A DNA stretch of 63,460 nucleotides, counting the filler, from Octopus bimaculoides (lineage: Eukaryota): assembly GCF_001194135.2 (NCBI RefSeq). It is 6 parts of 5 records of this genome, joined end to end, with 100 filler letters (N's around TTAATTAATTAA, not from the genome) between each part and the next. Parts side by side here need not be neighbours in the genome. Positions count along the whole stretch, not along the records: positions 43,324 to 60,470 come from NC_068982.1; positions 60,571 to 62,092 come from NC_068983.1; positions 62,193 to 63,460 come from NC_069003.1; 3 more parts are not named here. One strand, 5' to 3'. The position numbers were made by a program, and so were the translations under genes. Shown piece after piece: positions 50,590-63,460 of the stretch. Position 1 is the stretch's first letter; each line of letters begins with the position of its first letter. The notes below the pieces were generated by a model. That model saw nothing but the letters and a program-made list of their open reading frames with translations. It ran no database searches and was not told the DNA's origin.

Positions 50590-51880
50590 GGCTTCAAAAC
50601 TGACACTCCTATGAGCTGATGACCTCATTCTTAAAGCTGAATCTGTAATAGAATTAGAAAAGAAATTCCAGGCGTGGAAGCAAAGTTTAGTATCAAGGGA
50701 AAGCAAAGTTAACTTAGCAAAGCCCTAACTTTTAGTAAGTATGAAATCAGACGGGACTCTACTTCCATCAGGAAAATGACCTTGTTCAATGTGTAGGAAA
50801 AGAGTAGTCATAAAATCCGTATGGTATACCAAGTGCAAACTATTGAGACACAAGAGGTGCAGTAGGATCTCAGGCAAGTTAACAGAGAAAGACTGTGTAA
50901 GTGACATATGCACAAAAGCAATAATCACTAAGAACACATGAGAGATAGGTTCTCTGAAATATCTAGGACCCCTAGTGACAGTTGATATTTGCTCTTATCT
51001 AAGTGGCCTAATTAGCAGTGGAGGAAGGTGTCCTGAAAGAATAGTAGTCAGTGTAAGAACAAACTGAAGAAAGTTCAGAGAGTTATTACCACTGTTAGTA
51101 ACAAAAGGTTTCTCTCTCAGGAGGAAGGTAGACTGTATGATTCTTGTGCATAAACTGCAGTGGTACATGGTAGGCCCTGAATGCAAAAGACTTATGAAGA
51201 CTAGAAAGAAATGAAGCAAGCATACTCAGGATATGCAGTGTCAGATTACATCAGTAGTTCTTAACCCCTTTTGTAGTGCCCTTTTGAGTTATCGCAAGTA
51301 AACTAATTTAACATGAATGATAATTTACAAATTTTACTCTAAATATGAGTTGTATAAGCTTTCAACTGAAATGATAAAGACTAATGAAGACAAAAGTTGT
51401 AAATTTAATTTATACATTGCAAGTTTTTATCATGTTTAATATAATTACTACAATAGGTAAAATTTAATGTGTTAATTATGTTACCTCACCACTTCCTAAA
51501 GCTTAATGCCCCCTTTGACATACCCAGCACTCCCTTTGGGCAGTATTGTCTATGTTAAGAACCTCAACTTGAATGGTGGAGTACATAAACCTCAAAATGA
51601 ATGATGGAGTACATATGTGTTAAGAGAAAAACTAAGCATGAGAAATATCAGATATGGTGTGCAAGAGAGAAGATTGCGATGGCACAGATGAAATGTACAG
51701 GGATGAAGGGCAGCTGTGTAAACAAGTGCCAACTGTTTAATGTGGATGGAACATGTGGGAAAGAAGGACCATGAAGAAGCGAGACAAAATAGTGGAAGCC
51801 AATCTCAGGATGTTGAGCCTCATGAAGGAGATGACAAAGGACCAAGATGGTTGGCAATACACAGTATTCAAGAAGTTCTA
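50590..51880 (+). mobile_element. Decayed RTE LINE (RT YADD region to C-terminus), interrupted at about 51250-51565
   Basis: LL*ADDLIL (YADD), GK*PCSMCRK...HKRCS, RKFRELLPLLVTKG, RLERNEASIL, then VLREKLSMRNIRYGVQERRLRW...SCVNKC...DGTCG. Confidence 0.8.
51252..51563. mobile_element. Possible hAT-type MITE inserted in the RTE element
   Basis: cagtagttcttaac at the left end and gttaagaacc at the right; AT-rich interior splits collinear RTE sequence; TSD not evident. Confidence 0.4.
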
Positions 51881-52234
51881 AAGGCATTGCGTGTGCACAC
51901 AACTGGGCCCCAACCCAATTTGCCCTTTCAAGCTTTCTTGATCCCCTCATCTCCTTGTCTATCAATCACTCTTCTAACTACAGTATTATTCTGCTGCTGT
52001 AATTAAATGAGAGCAGAGTTACTTATTTCTTCCCCCCACCCATCCTTTCTGAACCAATTATCTCTCTCACTTCCTTTTGATATCCACCTCTCATTCCCTA
52101 CATATACATTCCATTGATCATCTTTTCTGCGCTACCAGTTATCTTTCCATTGAACTACATCCTATGGACACCTACACCTCATTCTTAACACAGACTCCTA
52201 TCGACCATTGACCACCCCTCCATCTTTGTTTACC

Positions 52235-52760
52235 ACTCATAACGTTTGATGAGGTCAGCTGTGTAAAGAAGTGCCGATCTCTAACTGTGGAAGAGGCAAA
52301 TCCAGGACGACCTGGGATGTGGTGGTGAAGCACAACCTTTGAACGCTGGGCCTCACTGAGGCAATGACAAGCAACCGAAACCTTTGGAGATATGCTGTGC
52401 TTGAGGAACCCCAGCAAGCTAAGTGAGATCATAGCTATGGTCTATGCTAGTGTCACATAACCGGCCCATTTAAGAGTTCCCTTCAATCGTTGGGCAACGT
52501 GCTGTACTTGAGAAGACCTATTGAGTCAAGTAAAGTGGCTGTCATGACCGATGCCAGTACCGCCTGACTGGCACGTAAAAAACACCCATTACAGTCTTGG
52601 AGTGGATGGTGTTAGGAAGAGCATCCAACTGTAGAAACCTTGCCAGATCAGAGTGGAGCCTGGTGCAACCTCCTGGCTTGCCAGTCCTCAATCAAACCAT
52701 CCAACCCATGCCAGCATGGAAAGCGGACATTAAACGATGATGATAATGATGATGGTGATG
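52235..52760 (+). mobile_element. RTE LINE 3' end with family D UTR and (GAT)n tail
   Basis: DEVSCVKKCRSLTV..RGKSRTTWDVVVKHNL*TLGLTEAMTSNRNLWRYAVLEEPQQAK* then UTR ending aaacgatgatgataatgatg. Confidence 0.85.
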
Positions 52761-53809
52761 AACATTCACCCTTCTGTACCTCTGACCTCCTCCACTATAC
52801 ATCTTTCACTCTCTCCCCAAAGCCTTGCAAACTTTACCTGTCCACCCAAGCTTGTCATCTCCCTATCTCTCATTCTCCCTGCTGTCTACAATTATGCTCT
52901 TATTCTGTTATTCGTCATCCCACCTGTGCAGCCAGTAATCACTTCCTTTCTCTTGAACCACTTCTATGGATATCAATTCCTCATTCTTACCATCTGCCCT
53001 CAAGCTCATGCCTGCCATTGACCACTCCATATTTGCTTTTCATCCTTCCAAGATCAATAAAATATCAGTCAAGTACTAGGGTCAATGGTATCCATTAACC
53101 CCTTCCCATAAAAAACTGATGGCCTTGCACCTAAATCAGAAAACTTTATTATTATAATTATTGATTGAGAGAGCAGTGCATGCCATCAAAGCGACACTGG
53201 GGTAAAATATACAAAGCTCAATATACCCATCAGACTACCTGTCTAAGGGTACACCAGGCACATACATCACAACCATATGTGGTGACGTGGTGATCTCATA
53301 TCAAGATAAACAGCACATGACCTTGCAGGTAGGGCCCAGTTAGAATTTTCTTCAGGTCGAGTAGCCCATCCCACTCAAAAGGTCCCTGAATAAGGGTTGT
53401 TTAAGTATGTTGAACAAAACACTCACGTTTTCAAAGCTGAAATAACCAAACTCCAAAGAATTCCTCTCAACACATGGCTATGATCCTCCCCCACTACTTC
53501 TGCTCGTGATCAGAGATGCACATATCGCCAGCTACTAAGGGACATGCTCAATTGTTGAAGATCAAACAACTGACAAGCAAATCTGTGGTATTGAGCAGAA
53601 TATTTGCTGTAGCCCATCTTTTATACAAAGAAAAGAAAACAATGTACACGATAACACTTAAGATCAGAAGCCATGAGAGCCGTTGCCTGGTATTGCACCA
53701 GGGCATTTATTATTACAATTATTATTATTATGGTGGTGGCAGCAGCAGCAGCTGTTGTTGTTGTTGTTGTTGTTGTTGTTATTACTACTACTACTACTAC
53801 TACTACTAG

Positions 53810-54025
53810 GCTGGTGGATTGGCAGAATCATTAGAGCATCAGAAAAAATATCTCATGATATTTCTTGTAAATCTTTACATTTTGAGTTCAAATCTCACTG
53901 AGGTCAACTTTACCTTTCAATCTTTCAGGGTTGATAAAATAAAGTACCAGTTTAGCACAGGGGTTGATGTAATTCACCAACCCCTTCCACTTAAAATTGA
54001 TGATCTCGTACCTAAATGAGAAGCC
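53810..54025 (+). mobile_element. SINE family C, decayed
   Basis: ttttgagttcaaatctcactgaggtcaactttacctttcaatctttcagggttgataaaataaagtaccag. Confidence 0.75.
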
Positions 54026-54173
54026 ATTATTATGTTTTAGTTTTGCTCTAACTTATACGAGTTGCAACCGAGTCTCAACCAGAAATGTCAAAAGACAGCA
54101 AGATTTTGCATTTAAAGGTGGGGTGTCTGTAGAAGAAAAGAAAAAAGACAATACAGAATGAGTGAGGTTTCAT

Positions 54174-54382
54174 TTATATGGAGAGGAATTTACACAGAAT
54201 ATGTAAGATACCCATAAGTATGATCTTTTGTAATTCACTTATTTTGGGGCTGTCAGGGATTTTTGGTCTACAAATTTGATTGCTCCTCTTGACAAATTTG
54301 ATTGCTGCTCTAATAATAATAGGTAATGTTGCTGCTTTGAAATACCACATCCTTCTGATTTCAATCAAGTCCTTATATTTGC

Positions 54383-54439
<57 letters not shown>

Positions 54440-55145
54440 TCATTACCATCATNNNNNNNNNNAAGTCCTTATATTTGCTCATCATCATCATCATCATCAT
54501 CGTTTAACATCCGCCTTCCATGCTAGCATGGGTTGGACGATTTGACTGAGGACTGGCGAATCAGATGGCTACAATAGGCTCCAATCTGATTTGGCAGAGT
54601 TTCTACAGCTGGATGCCTTTCCTAACACCAACCACTCCGAGAATGTAGTGGGTGCTTTTATGTGCCACCGGCACGAAGGCTAGTCAGGCGGTACTGGCAA
54701 CGACCACATTCAAAATGGTGTATTTTACATGCCACCTGCACAGGAGCCAGTCCAATGGCACTGGCAATGATCTCGCTTGAATGTTTTTTCACGTGCCACC
54801 GGCACAAGTGCCAGTAAGGCGACTCTGGTAATGATCACGCTCAAATGGTGCTATTTACATGCCACTGGCACGGAAGCTAGACACTGCTCTGGCAACGATC
54901 ACGCTTGGACAGTGTTCTTAGCGCTCCACTGGTACAGGTGCCAAATTTCCAAATATTTTCAGAAATGTGTTTTTGTCAGCTGGGGCTGTAACATTAATCA
55001 GAAGACAAGTCTTTTCAATATGATTTTTCACAATGAGATCTGGCCAGTTTGCCTGTATTTCCTTATCAATATGGACACTGAAATTCCAGAGGATGATAAT
55101 GTCATAATTCTAGACAACTTGTGGTGGCTTGTGTTCCCAAATATT
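54174..55145 (-). mobile_element. RLE-type (R4/Dong/NeSL-like) LINE C-terminal endonuclease relic, split by a family D insertion
   Basis: WEHKPPQVV*NYDIIILWNFSVHIDKEIQANWPDLIVKNHIEKTCLLINV..P, then SKYKDL.IEIRRMW...IPIII-like...ELQKIILMGILHILCKFLSI* (PD-(D/E)xK-type RLE motif order). Confidence 0.75.
54385..54945 (-). mobile_element. RTE 3'-UTR element (family D) with internal about 66-bp tandem repeats
   Basis: catcatcgtttaacatccgccttccatgctagcatgggttggacg...; tgccac(c/t)ggcac units at 54663, 54730, 54794, 54860, 54924. Confidence 0.8.
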
Positions 55146-55254
55146 TAACTGACCTCAAGTTGACCTCAGCTGAACCCAAAATGCAAAGAGCCAAACAAAT
55201 ATTACAAGGCATTTTTTCTAAGGCTCTAACAATTCTGCCAATTCACTATCATAA

Positions 55255-55470
55255 TCATCATCATCATCATCATCATTTAACATCCATTTTCCATGATCGT
55301 ATGGGTTAGATGGTTTAACAGATGGGAAGTTGGAGAGCTGCACCACACACCAGTCTGTTTTGGCTTGGTTTCTATGGCTGGATACCCTTCCTAATGCCAA
55401 CCACACCATAGAATGTATTGAGTGCCTTTTATGTGTCACTAGCACAGGTGCCTTTTATGTGCTACCGGCA
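55255..55470 (-). mobile_element. RTE 3'-UTR element (family D)
   Basis: catcatcatttaacatccattttccatg...ctggatacccttcctaatgccaacc. Confidence 0.75.
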
Positions 55471-55589
55471 CATTTATAAATATTTAAATGCATGAATATT
55501 ATGAAAAATATATTTCTTGCTCATTCAGATGTGTATCTTGCACTTGGTGATCAATAAGAGTTTATGGTTGAGATGTTAGCTTCACAATC

Positions 55590-55720
55590 ATTATAGTTCC
55601 AGACTCAATCTGTGTGCAACACCTTGGGCAAGTGTCTTCTGCTGCAGCCTCAGGTAGACCAAAGTCTCGTCAATAAAGTTTGTAAGATAGAAACTGTGTG
55701 AAGCCTATCAGATGTGTGTG
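55590..55720 (+). mobile_element. SINE family A head fragment
   Basis: caccttgggcaagtgtcttctgc...gaccaaag...gaaactgtgtgaagcc. Confidence 0.65.
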
Positions 55721-56059
55721 TGCATACAAACACATCTGATAGGCTTCCACACATGCCTACATACATATATTAAGATAGTGCATATGGTGTTGCTTGCTAG
55801 TATGTAGCTTCATGATACTTCTGAGATCCTACAGCATTTTAAAAGAAAGTCTAATGATTGTAAGACTGCATGTAGTGATATACAGAGTAGATATAACTTG
55901 AATTGTAAAGTAATGGGCCTATATATTTGTAGCTAAAGCAGATATATGTGTACTCATGTTGTTTTATCATGGATCACCATATATTTGTAGTCTTACTGTA
56001 TGTAGTAAAGAGAGTCCAACTGCTTATTTTCCCTTTCTTTTTTTTAAGGGACGTGTGAG

Positions 56060-56255
56060 CACAGTATTTGCCTAGTCTAACACCACTACCTGACCCATGG
56101 ATACATTTAACAGGCTTTACTCAATTGCAAGCATTCAAACCAGACTCATCAACAACTTGAAGGAGGATATAAGATTAGATTCTGTCCATGAACTGAACGT
56201 GGCAATGATGAATCAAGATGCTTGGAGAAATGGCTTTGTCTTCAAGGCAAAATAA
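56060..56255 (+). mobile_element. Decayed LINE ORF2 C-terminus
   Basis: IQTRLINNLKEDIRLDSVHELNVAMMNQDAWRN, same type as 14595-14845. Confidence 0.5.
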
Positions 56256-56274
56256 AACGGCTAACATTCTAGAT

Positions 56275-56569
56275 CAGGCGTTTTCAAACTGTGGTCCGCG
56301 GACCACAGGGGGTCCGCAAGGACAAGACAGGGGGTCCGTGGACAGCAAATATTTTTTATGGGCAATTTGATTTTATATATGTTTTTTAATCGAAATCTTT
56401 TAATTGACAATAAACCTATTTGTTAAATACTGTTAAATAAATAAATGTAAAAATATGTTATTTTAAGCAAATATTTATGTATAAATTTCATAAGTGTTTA
56501 TAAGGGGGTCCCTAAGGTAAAGCCTGAAATATAAAGGGGTCCGCAAGTCAAAAAGTTTGATAACCCTTG
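56275..56569. mobile_element. hAT (Charlie-like) MITE, 295 bp
   Basis: TIRs caggcgttttcaaact / agtttgataacccttg; exact 8-bp TSD TTCTAGAT at 56267-56274 and 56570-56577. Confidence 0.9.
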
Positions 56570-58174
56570 TTCTAGATCACGTGTATAGAAAAGCCACTCA
56601 TCTTAGTCACTCACACACTCCAACTTCTGGCCCACAGATATGCTGTGTCTTCACTCGTCCTTATCTACTACTACTAAAGTAGTCCCTACTCTTTGGAACT
56701 TGTTAGTCTCAGACCACCCCCTGCATCCCTCAGTACTCATACTGTGTACAACTCCAAATTCTGCACTAACTACCACGCCCAGTCCTTGCCAAAATGTCGG
56801 TATTCTGGAATTACTTCCCTTCACATCTTTTTCCCTACACCTGTCGATTTGCGATATCAAACTCATCAGTTTCAGAGGGCATTTGAATGCCAGGCACAAA
56901 CCTTACCTCTGCCCCATATTATATTACATAGAGACATTTTTTGTTCGTTTTCAGAGCCCCGATATAGTATTTACCTCGTCAGAAGTAGGTTTTCTTCAGG
57001 TCAATACGTGAAAGTATTTTCGACAGCAAAATGTAGAATGCAATGAAGAATGGTCGTAATTTTGCAGAAAAATAATTGTATTGTGTATTTTCTGTTATTC
57101 GTCCTCTCTTCTATTAGCATCCGATGCGTTTAGTTAATTAATAATCACGCTATACTCACGCTAATTAGGAATGTAATCAAATTATGTCATGAATAACGAC
57201 AGAATCCACACTGGATGCTTCAAAGCAGGGTTTTTCAGAGGAATGGCGCAAAGAGGAGTGAAAAACAGAAGGACAAATTGCTATGTTTAAATGAATTTCA
57301 AATGGTCTCTAGCTTTTAAACTTTGTTCGAAAACCTTGATGAATAATGATATGTGGTTGCAAACTCTTTTTTGTCTTGTCGTTAAGAGGGTACCCCCAAA
57401 TTTCTCTAATATTTTTTGAGGATGTAGAATTTGCCAGTTGGAGAAGCATCGCTTTATGGTATCTAATTCGCACTAAACAAACACTACAGTAGAATTGTTT
57501 CCTTTCTTTTTTTTAATGCCGGGAAAACATCGACTTTTGACAAATACTTTTGACATTCATGAGACTGGAAACACGCACACGCGAAGGTGCGCGTGCGCGC
57601 GTTTCGCTTAGGGATACCGGCAAAGAATATAAACATCAGCTAGAAGACCGGTGCATTATGAAGATGTTCCCTAAGATATCTGCTCTGCACAGATTTAGAT
57701 ACGACTTGCCATTATGCCGTGAATAAATCCGCCGACTACTTCTAACCTATGAAGCTATTTTCACCAACTGCGATATAAAATAAAATAACTAAATCCTTTG
57801 AATGAGTGAAGAGGCTGTAGCAAACGTTATTCTCTACCCAATGACTTTTGCAAGACTTCTCTTCTACAACATTCCACCATTCATTGAATATTCATTCGAA
57901 AGAAAATTCTTTTAAAATACTCCAACTAAAGTCTACTAGACGTATAGAATTGAGACTTTTAGCTTCATTCTGACAAATGTTCCTTTTTAGAATTCAATTC
58001 TGCACATAACGATGTTTCAAAGTATAATCAAACCTCACCAAAACCATTATCATCATAACCACAAATTCGTCTTTTATCTGTTTATTTAAGAATGCACGAA
58101 TGGTGCGTCTTGAAAAAAAAACAGAGACTGGTTGTCTGTGGAACTGCCGGCAAAAAATACTGTATACACAGAGA

Positions 58175-58209
<35 letters not shown>

Positions 58210-58689
58210 NNNNNNNNNNNNNNNNNNNNNNNNNNNNNNNNNNNNNNNNNNNNNNNNNNNNNNNNNNNNNNNNNNNNNNNNNNNNNNNNNNNNNNNNNNN
58301 NNNNNNNNNNNNNNNNNNNNNNNNNNNNNNNNNNNNNNNNNNNNNNNNNNNNNNNNNNNNNNNNNNNNNNNNNNNNNNNNNNNNNNNNNNNNNNNNNNNN
58401 NNNNNNNNNNNNNNNNNNNNNNNNNNNNNNNNNNNNNNNNNNNNNNNNNNNNNNNNNNNNNNNNNNNNNNNNNNNNNNNNNNNNNNNNNNNNNNNNNNNN
58501 NNNNNNNNNNNNNNNNNNNNNNNNNNNNNNNNNNNNNNNNNNNNNNNNNNNNNNNNNNNNNNNNNNNNNNNNNNNNNNNNNNNNNNNNNNNNNNNNNNNN
58601 NNNNNNNNNNNNNNNNNNNNNNNNNNNNNNNNNNNNNNNNNNNNNNNNNNNNNNNNNNNNNNNNNNNNNNNNNNNNNNNNNNNNNNNNN

Positions 58690-58728
<39 letters not shown>

Positions 58729-59519
58729 CCTTAGCTTATATACTCGTGGTGTATAATACGAAAAATTTAATACAACAAACTGGATGGGTTGCATTAGTCT
58801 CGAGTAAACAGTGAGCGTGTATATAGATAGACCGATAGATAGACATGTAGACAGATAGATGAAGAGAGAGAGAGAGAGAGAGAGAAGACAGACAGACAGA
58901 TATTCGCTGTGGATCTTAAAGAAATTGGTAAAAATGTGAACAATATGATATAAAATACAATAGATTGAGAGTAGATGTAGGAAAATTGCTTAGAACAATA
59001 AATCGCTTAGATTTTGCACGCTTAAAATAATATATGTGTGTGTGTGTTGTAATCAATGTATGTTTGGATCAACAGCTATTAAATAAGAAAGTAAAGGAAG
59101 AGTATTGACAAACCTAGTAAAATATTCGATGCCGGGTTCGCGTCTGTTTGGATGAGGCGAAGAAAATAAGAGTGAGAGAGAAACTAACAGGTAAACAGCA
59201 GCAGCAGCAATGCGGGATATAAAGAAATTGATGACTCGATAGCAAGCAGGACAATAGACGGACTGGACTGACGCAAGCAACTCATTAGTAAGAAGGCGGC
59301 NNNNNNNNNNNNNNNNNNNNNNNNNNNNNNNNNNNNNNNNNNNNNNNNNNNNNNNNNNNNNNNNNNNNNNNNNNNNNNNNNNNNNNNNNNNNNNNNNNNN
59401 NNNNNNNNNNNNNNNNNNNNNNNNNNNNNNNNNNNNNNNNNNNNNNNNNNNNNNNNNNNNNNNNNNNNNNNNNNNNNNNNNNNNNNNNNNNNNNNNNNNN
59501 NNNNNNNNNNNNNNNNGAC

Positions 59520-59860
<341 letters not shown>

Positions 59861-59996
59861 TACACACACACACGAAAGATATTTTTTTTTCTATTCTACT
59901 CTCATTCTCTTGCTTTGTATCATAATTTTCTTCAAATTTCTTGAAGGTCAATGACAAATATCTGTTCATCTATCCATTTATCCATCGATCTACTTA

Positions 59997-60029
<33 letters not shown>

Positions 60030-60408
60030 TTATCTGTCTCTATGCCTGACTGCCTCCTTGTCTACACACCGTTATTTTCTCGAGTACAATTTGATCTCGT
60101 ATATAATGCGACTGACCCTCCCTTTTGGGACCTTGAAAAGGGTAATTTTTATTATTATCATTATCTTACATGGCAACTTTTGAACCTTAGGGTTGTTGGT
60201 TACTAGTTTCCTAATAAAGTAATCACTGGTTTACATTATTTCCGTCTATAAGAATGAATGCACCGGGTCGCACCGGATTCTTGACGATGTTTATTATTCA
60301 CTCGTTGATGTTTTTTCCGGAGAAAAGATACACACACTCAGCCTCTCTTTCTCTCTCTCTCACTCACTCCCACTTTATCACTCTTTCCCCTCTTTCACTC
60401 TTTCTCTC

Positions 60409-60470
<62 letters not shown>

Positions 60471-60570
60471 NNNNNNNNNNNNNNNNNNNNNNNNNNNNNN
60501 NNNNNNNNNNNNNNTTAATTAATTAANNNNNNNNNNNNNNNNNNNNNNNNNNNNNNNNNNNNNNNNNNNN

Positions 60571-60617
<47 letters not shown>

Positions 60618-60622
60618 GTATG

Positions 60623-60655
<33 letters not shown>

Positions 60656-61219
60656 GTATGTATATAGTTCAAATGTACAGAAAGTAAAGACATATATACA
60701 TATATATATATATACACACACACATGTGTGTATGTGCGCATGTGTATGTATGTGTCTATCCATCTGTATGTCTGTCTACCAATCTATACATATAAAGTAA
60801 TTATGAGGATTTTAAGAGATATCTCTAAAAATGCAGCTCTCTTCATTCTCTCCACACACACTATCAACCCATTTCTTAACTTATTGATTAATGATTCCTT
60901 ATTGACAAGGAATTCCACTGATTAACCAGCTGATTAGAAGCATATTGTATGCGTATTCACTAAACTAGCTATTAAATGCACACAAAGAAGCCTCTATACA
61001 ATGCAACAATGTTCAGGAATTATTCATAGTTTTCTTATATGATAGGCAAAATTAATGGTAAGAATTGAAGTAATAAGGACAAGGTAGAATAGACGATAGT
61101 GTTGATGTTGTTCTTTAGAAGTTGGCGCATTGGTACATGAGATATGAGCGTATGTGTGTAATTATACATGTGTGTGTGTGCGTATCTATTTATCTAACTG
61201 TCTATTTATCTGTCTGTCC

Positions 61220-61267
<48 letters not shown>

Positions 61268-61292
61268 CTATCTATCTATCTATCTATCTATC

Positions 61293-61367
<75 letters not shown>

Positions 61368-61764
61368 TCACACACACACACACTCACACACACATATATG
61401 CACAAACATACACATACACTCATATATAGACAAAAGTGTATATGTATTATATATACTTACATGCATATATTCATATGCCCAAATACTTCATTAATGCTGT
61501 TTAAAATTCCAGTGAAGGAGCCTTGAATCTAGGCTAGAAATTGGCTCTTTCTCTACGGGCAAGAAATCTAGAAATGAAACTGAATACTAAAACACACACA
61601 CACACAGACACACAAACACACATACACATATGCCACACCATAGATATATATGCTCTCTCACACATGTGATTACAACTATATGCATGAAAGCATATACATA
61701 AATATGCATACATACATGCACAGGGATACTGACATCCCAAAATGGACCTCTAACTGATGCATTC

Positions 61765-61920
61765 AGGAGTGGGTGTGTGGTAAGAAGCTTGCTTCCCAAC
61801 CACATGGTTCTGGGTTCAGTCCTACTATGTGGCACCTTGGTCAAGTGCCTTCTACTATAGCCCTGGGATTACCAAAGCCTTGTGAGTAGATTTGGTTGAT
61901 GGAAACTGAAAGAAGCCTGT
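61765..61920 (+). mobile_element. SINE family A head
   Basis: caggagtgggtgtgtggtaagaagcttgcttcccaaccacatgg...ggaaactgaaagaagcc. Confidence 0.85.
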
Positions 61921-62404
61921 CATTACTCTACCTCCTGTATTTGAGTTATATTTTTTCCACCTTGTTTCACACTTATGTGCTAATACTGGCATATATATAT
62001 ATAGCCACATTTAAGTGGCAATATACTTCACTTTATCGTGCAGTTACTGTTAATACCTAATTTAGAGAATTAACATTGCTTATATATATATANNNNNNNN
62101 NNNNNNNNNNNNNNNNNNNNNNNNNNNNNNNNNNNNTTAATTAATTAANNNNNNNNNNNNNNNNNNNNNNNNNNNNNNNNNNNNNNNNNNNNCGTCTTGG
62201 TTGTTGTTGTTGTTGTTGTTTTCTATTTGTCGTCGTTGTTTATTTAGCTTTCCGAACAAGCAAACAGCTCCTTGCTTACTAATTGAGTCAGTCGACAATC
62301 TTTCAAATTACTTACAGGTGGCCGAACATTCGCTTTTGTTTTCTCGTGTTTCAAAACCATTTCGACTTTTCGTTCGGCGCGTCCGTCCACATATGCCTTA
62401 AGAT

Positions 62405-62409
62405 ACAAG

Positions 62410-62448
<39 letters not shown>

Positions 62449-63012
62449 ACACACACACGCACAAGTGCGCGTACATCCACACACATATACACATAGACAA
62501 TACATGCACGACGTGCGCGCTAGCGCACACATACACACAAACACACACGAAAGCGCGCATACAACACAGTGACACACAAACACACACTCACGAAAGTGCG
62601 CATACAACATACTGACATACACACACATGCAAGCGCGCACATGTATACAACACACACAACACACGCACATGCAAGTGCGCGCGACAGGACCATATAGACC
62701 GGGCACGTACGTCACACACGCATACGCACACATGCAAGTGCGTACACATGCAAGTGCGTACAATACTCAGATGAGACATATCACACACACACACACACAC
62801 ATGTAAGAGCATGCATACACACACATGATACATACGCAACCAACACACACAACACACACACAGGCGATACATAAGTGTCCATTTGTGTATGTGTATGCGT
62901 GCGCAGGAATGTGTATGTTCGTGCGACACATACAAACATATGCACGAACATACACATTCCTGCGCACGCATACACATAATACACACATGGACACCTACAT
63001 ATACATGAACAC

Positions 63013-63062
<50 letters not shown>

Positions 63063-63125
63063 CATGAACACATACATACACATGGGCACAATCGTATACA
63101 TCTACACATATACATGGACATACAA
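62405..63125. repeat. Degenerate CA-rich low-complexity field
   Basis: Direct inspection; recurrent catgcaag(t/c)gcg motif. Confidence 0.85.
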
Positions 63126-63460
63126 ACATTATTTCATCATGCGGAGATAATCATAGCGTTGCAGATGTTGTTATCAGTTCCCATTGACCTAGCGATAACA
63201 ATAAGCTGATAAAAATACGACGATAATAATAATAATAACGATAATGTCACACCCACGAACTGTCTTCTTTTCTTTACCGAAAAGAAAGAGAACGCTTCTT
63301 AGTTTTTATGATCTTCACCTCTGACATTACAGGCGAGGAGAGAGTGTAGGACTTTTAAGCTGTTTTTACTTCGAGGTCCTTCACCCATCTTTTATCTTCA
63401 CCTTGGCTGGAAGTCTAACCTGCTAAAACAGCTTCATGCGATGTTCTTTATATATATATA

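Noticed and set aside
54363-54500. Direct repeat agtccttatatttgctcatcatc on both sides of a 10-N gap
   Set aside because: Most likely an unmerged contig overlap across a (CAT)n tract rather than a TSD.

Overview
Eukaryotic, AT-rich, microsatellite- and retroposon-saturated genomic DNA with many N gaps. The repeat families and the gene type point to an octopus (coleoid cephalopod) assembly; this is an inference, not a database match. The only firmly supported protein-coding feature is one minus-strand protocadherin exon (ATG 28873 to about 26423/26408). It encodes a signal peptide, 6 EC repeats, a TM helix and about 90 aa of cytoplasmic tail. It is bounded by splice acceptors upstream and a consensus CAG|GTAAGT donor downstream. 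All three EC3-contributed Ca2+-binding motifs are lost, predicting a calcium-free EC3-EC4 linker. The rest is at least four tRNA-derived SINE families with shuffled modules, decayed RTE, RLE-type and Penelope-like retroelements, a mini-mariner, a hAT MITE, three long foldback palindromes, and a 74-bp palindromic minisatellite in the Pcdh intron interrupted by a telomere-like insert. A CpG-depleted block (about 43.7-56.7 kb) may be the methylated body of a second, unresolved gene. Five 100-bp N/TTAATTAATTAA/N linkers show the window is six joined pieces, so adjacency across them is uncertain. No novel system is proven; the best leads are listed as findings.
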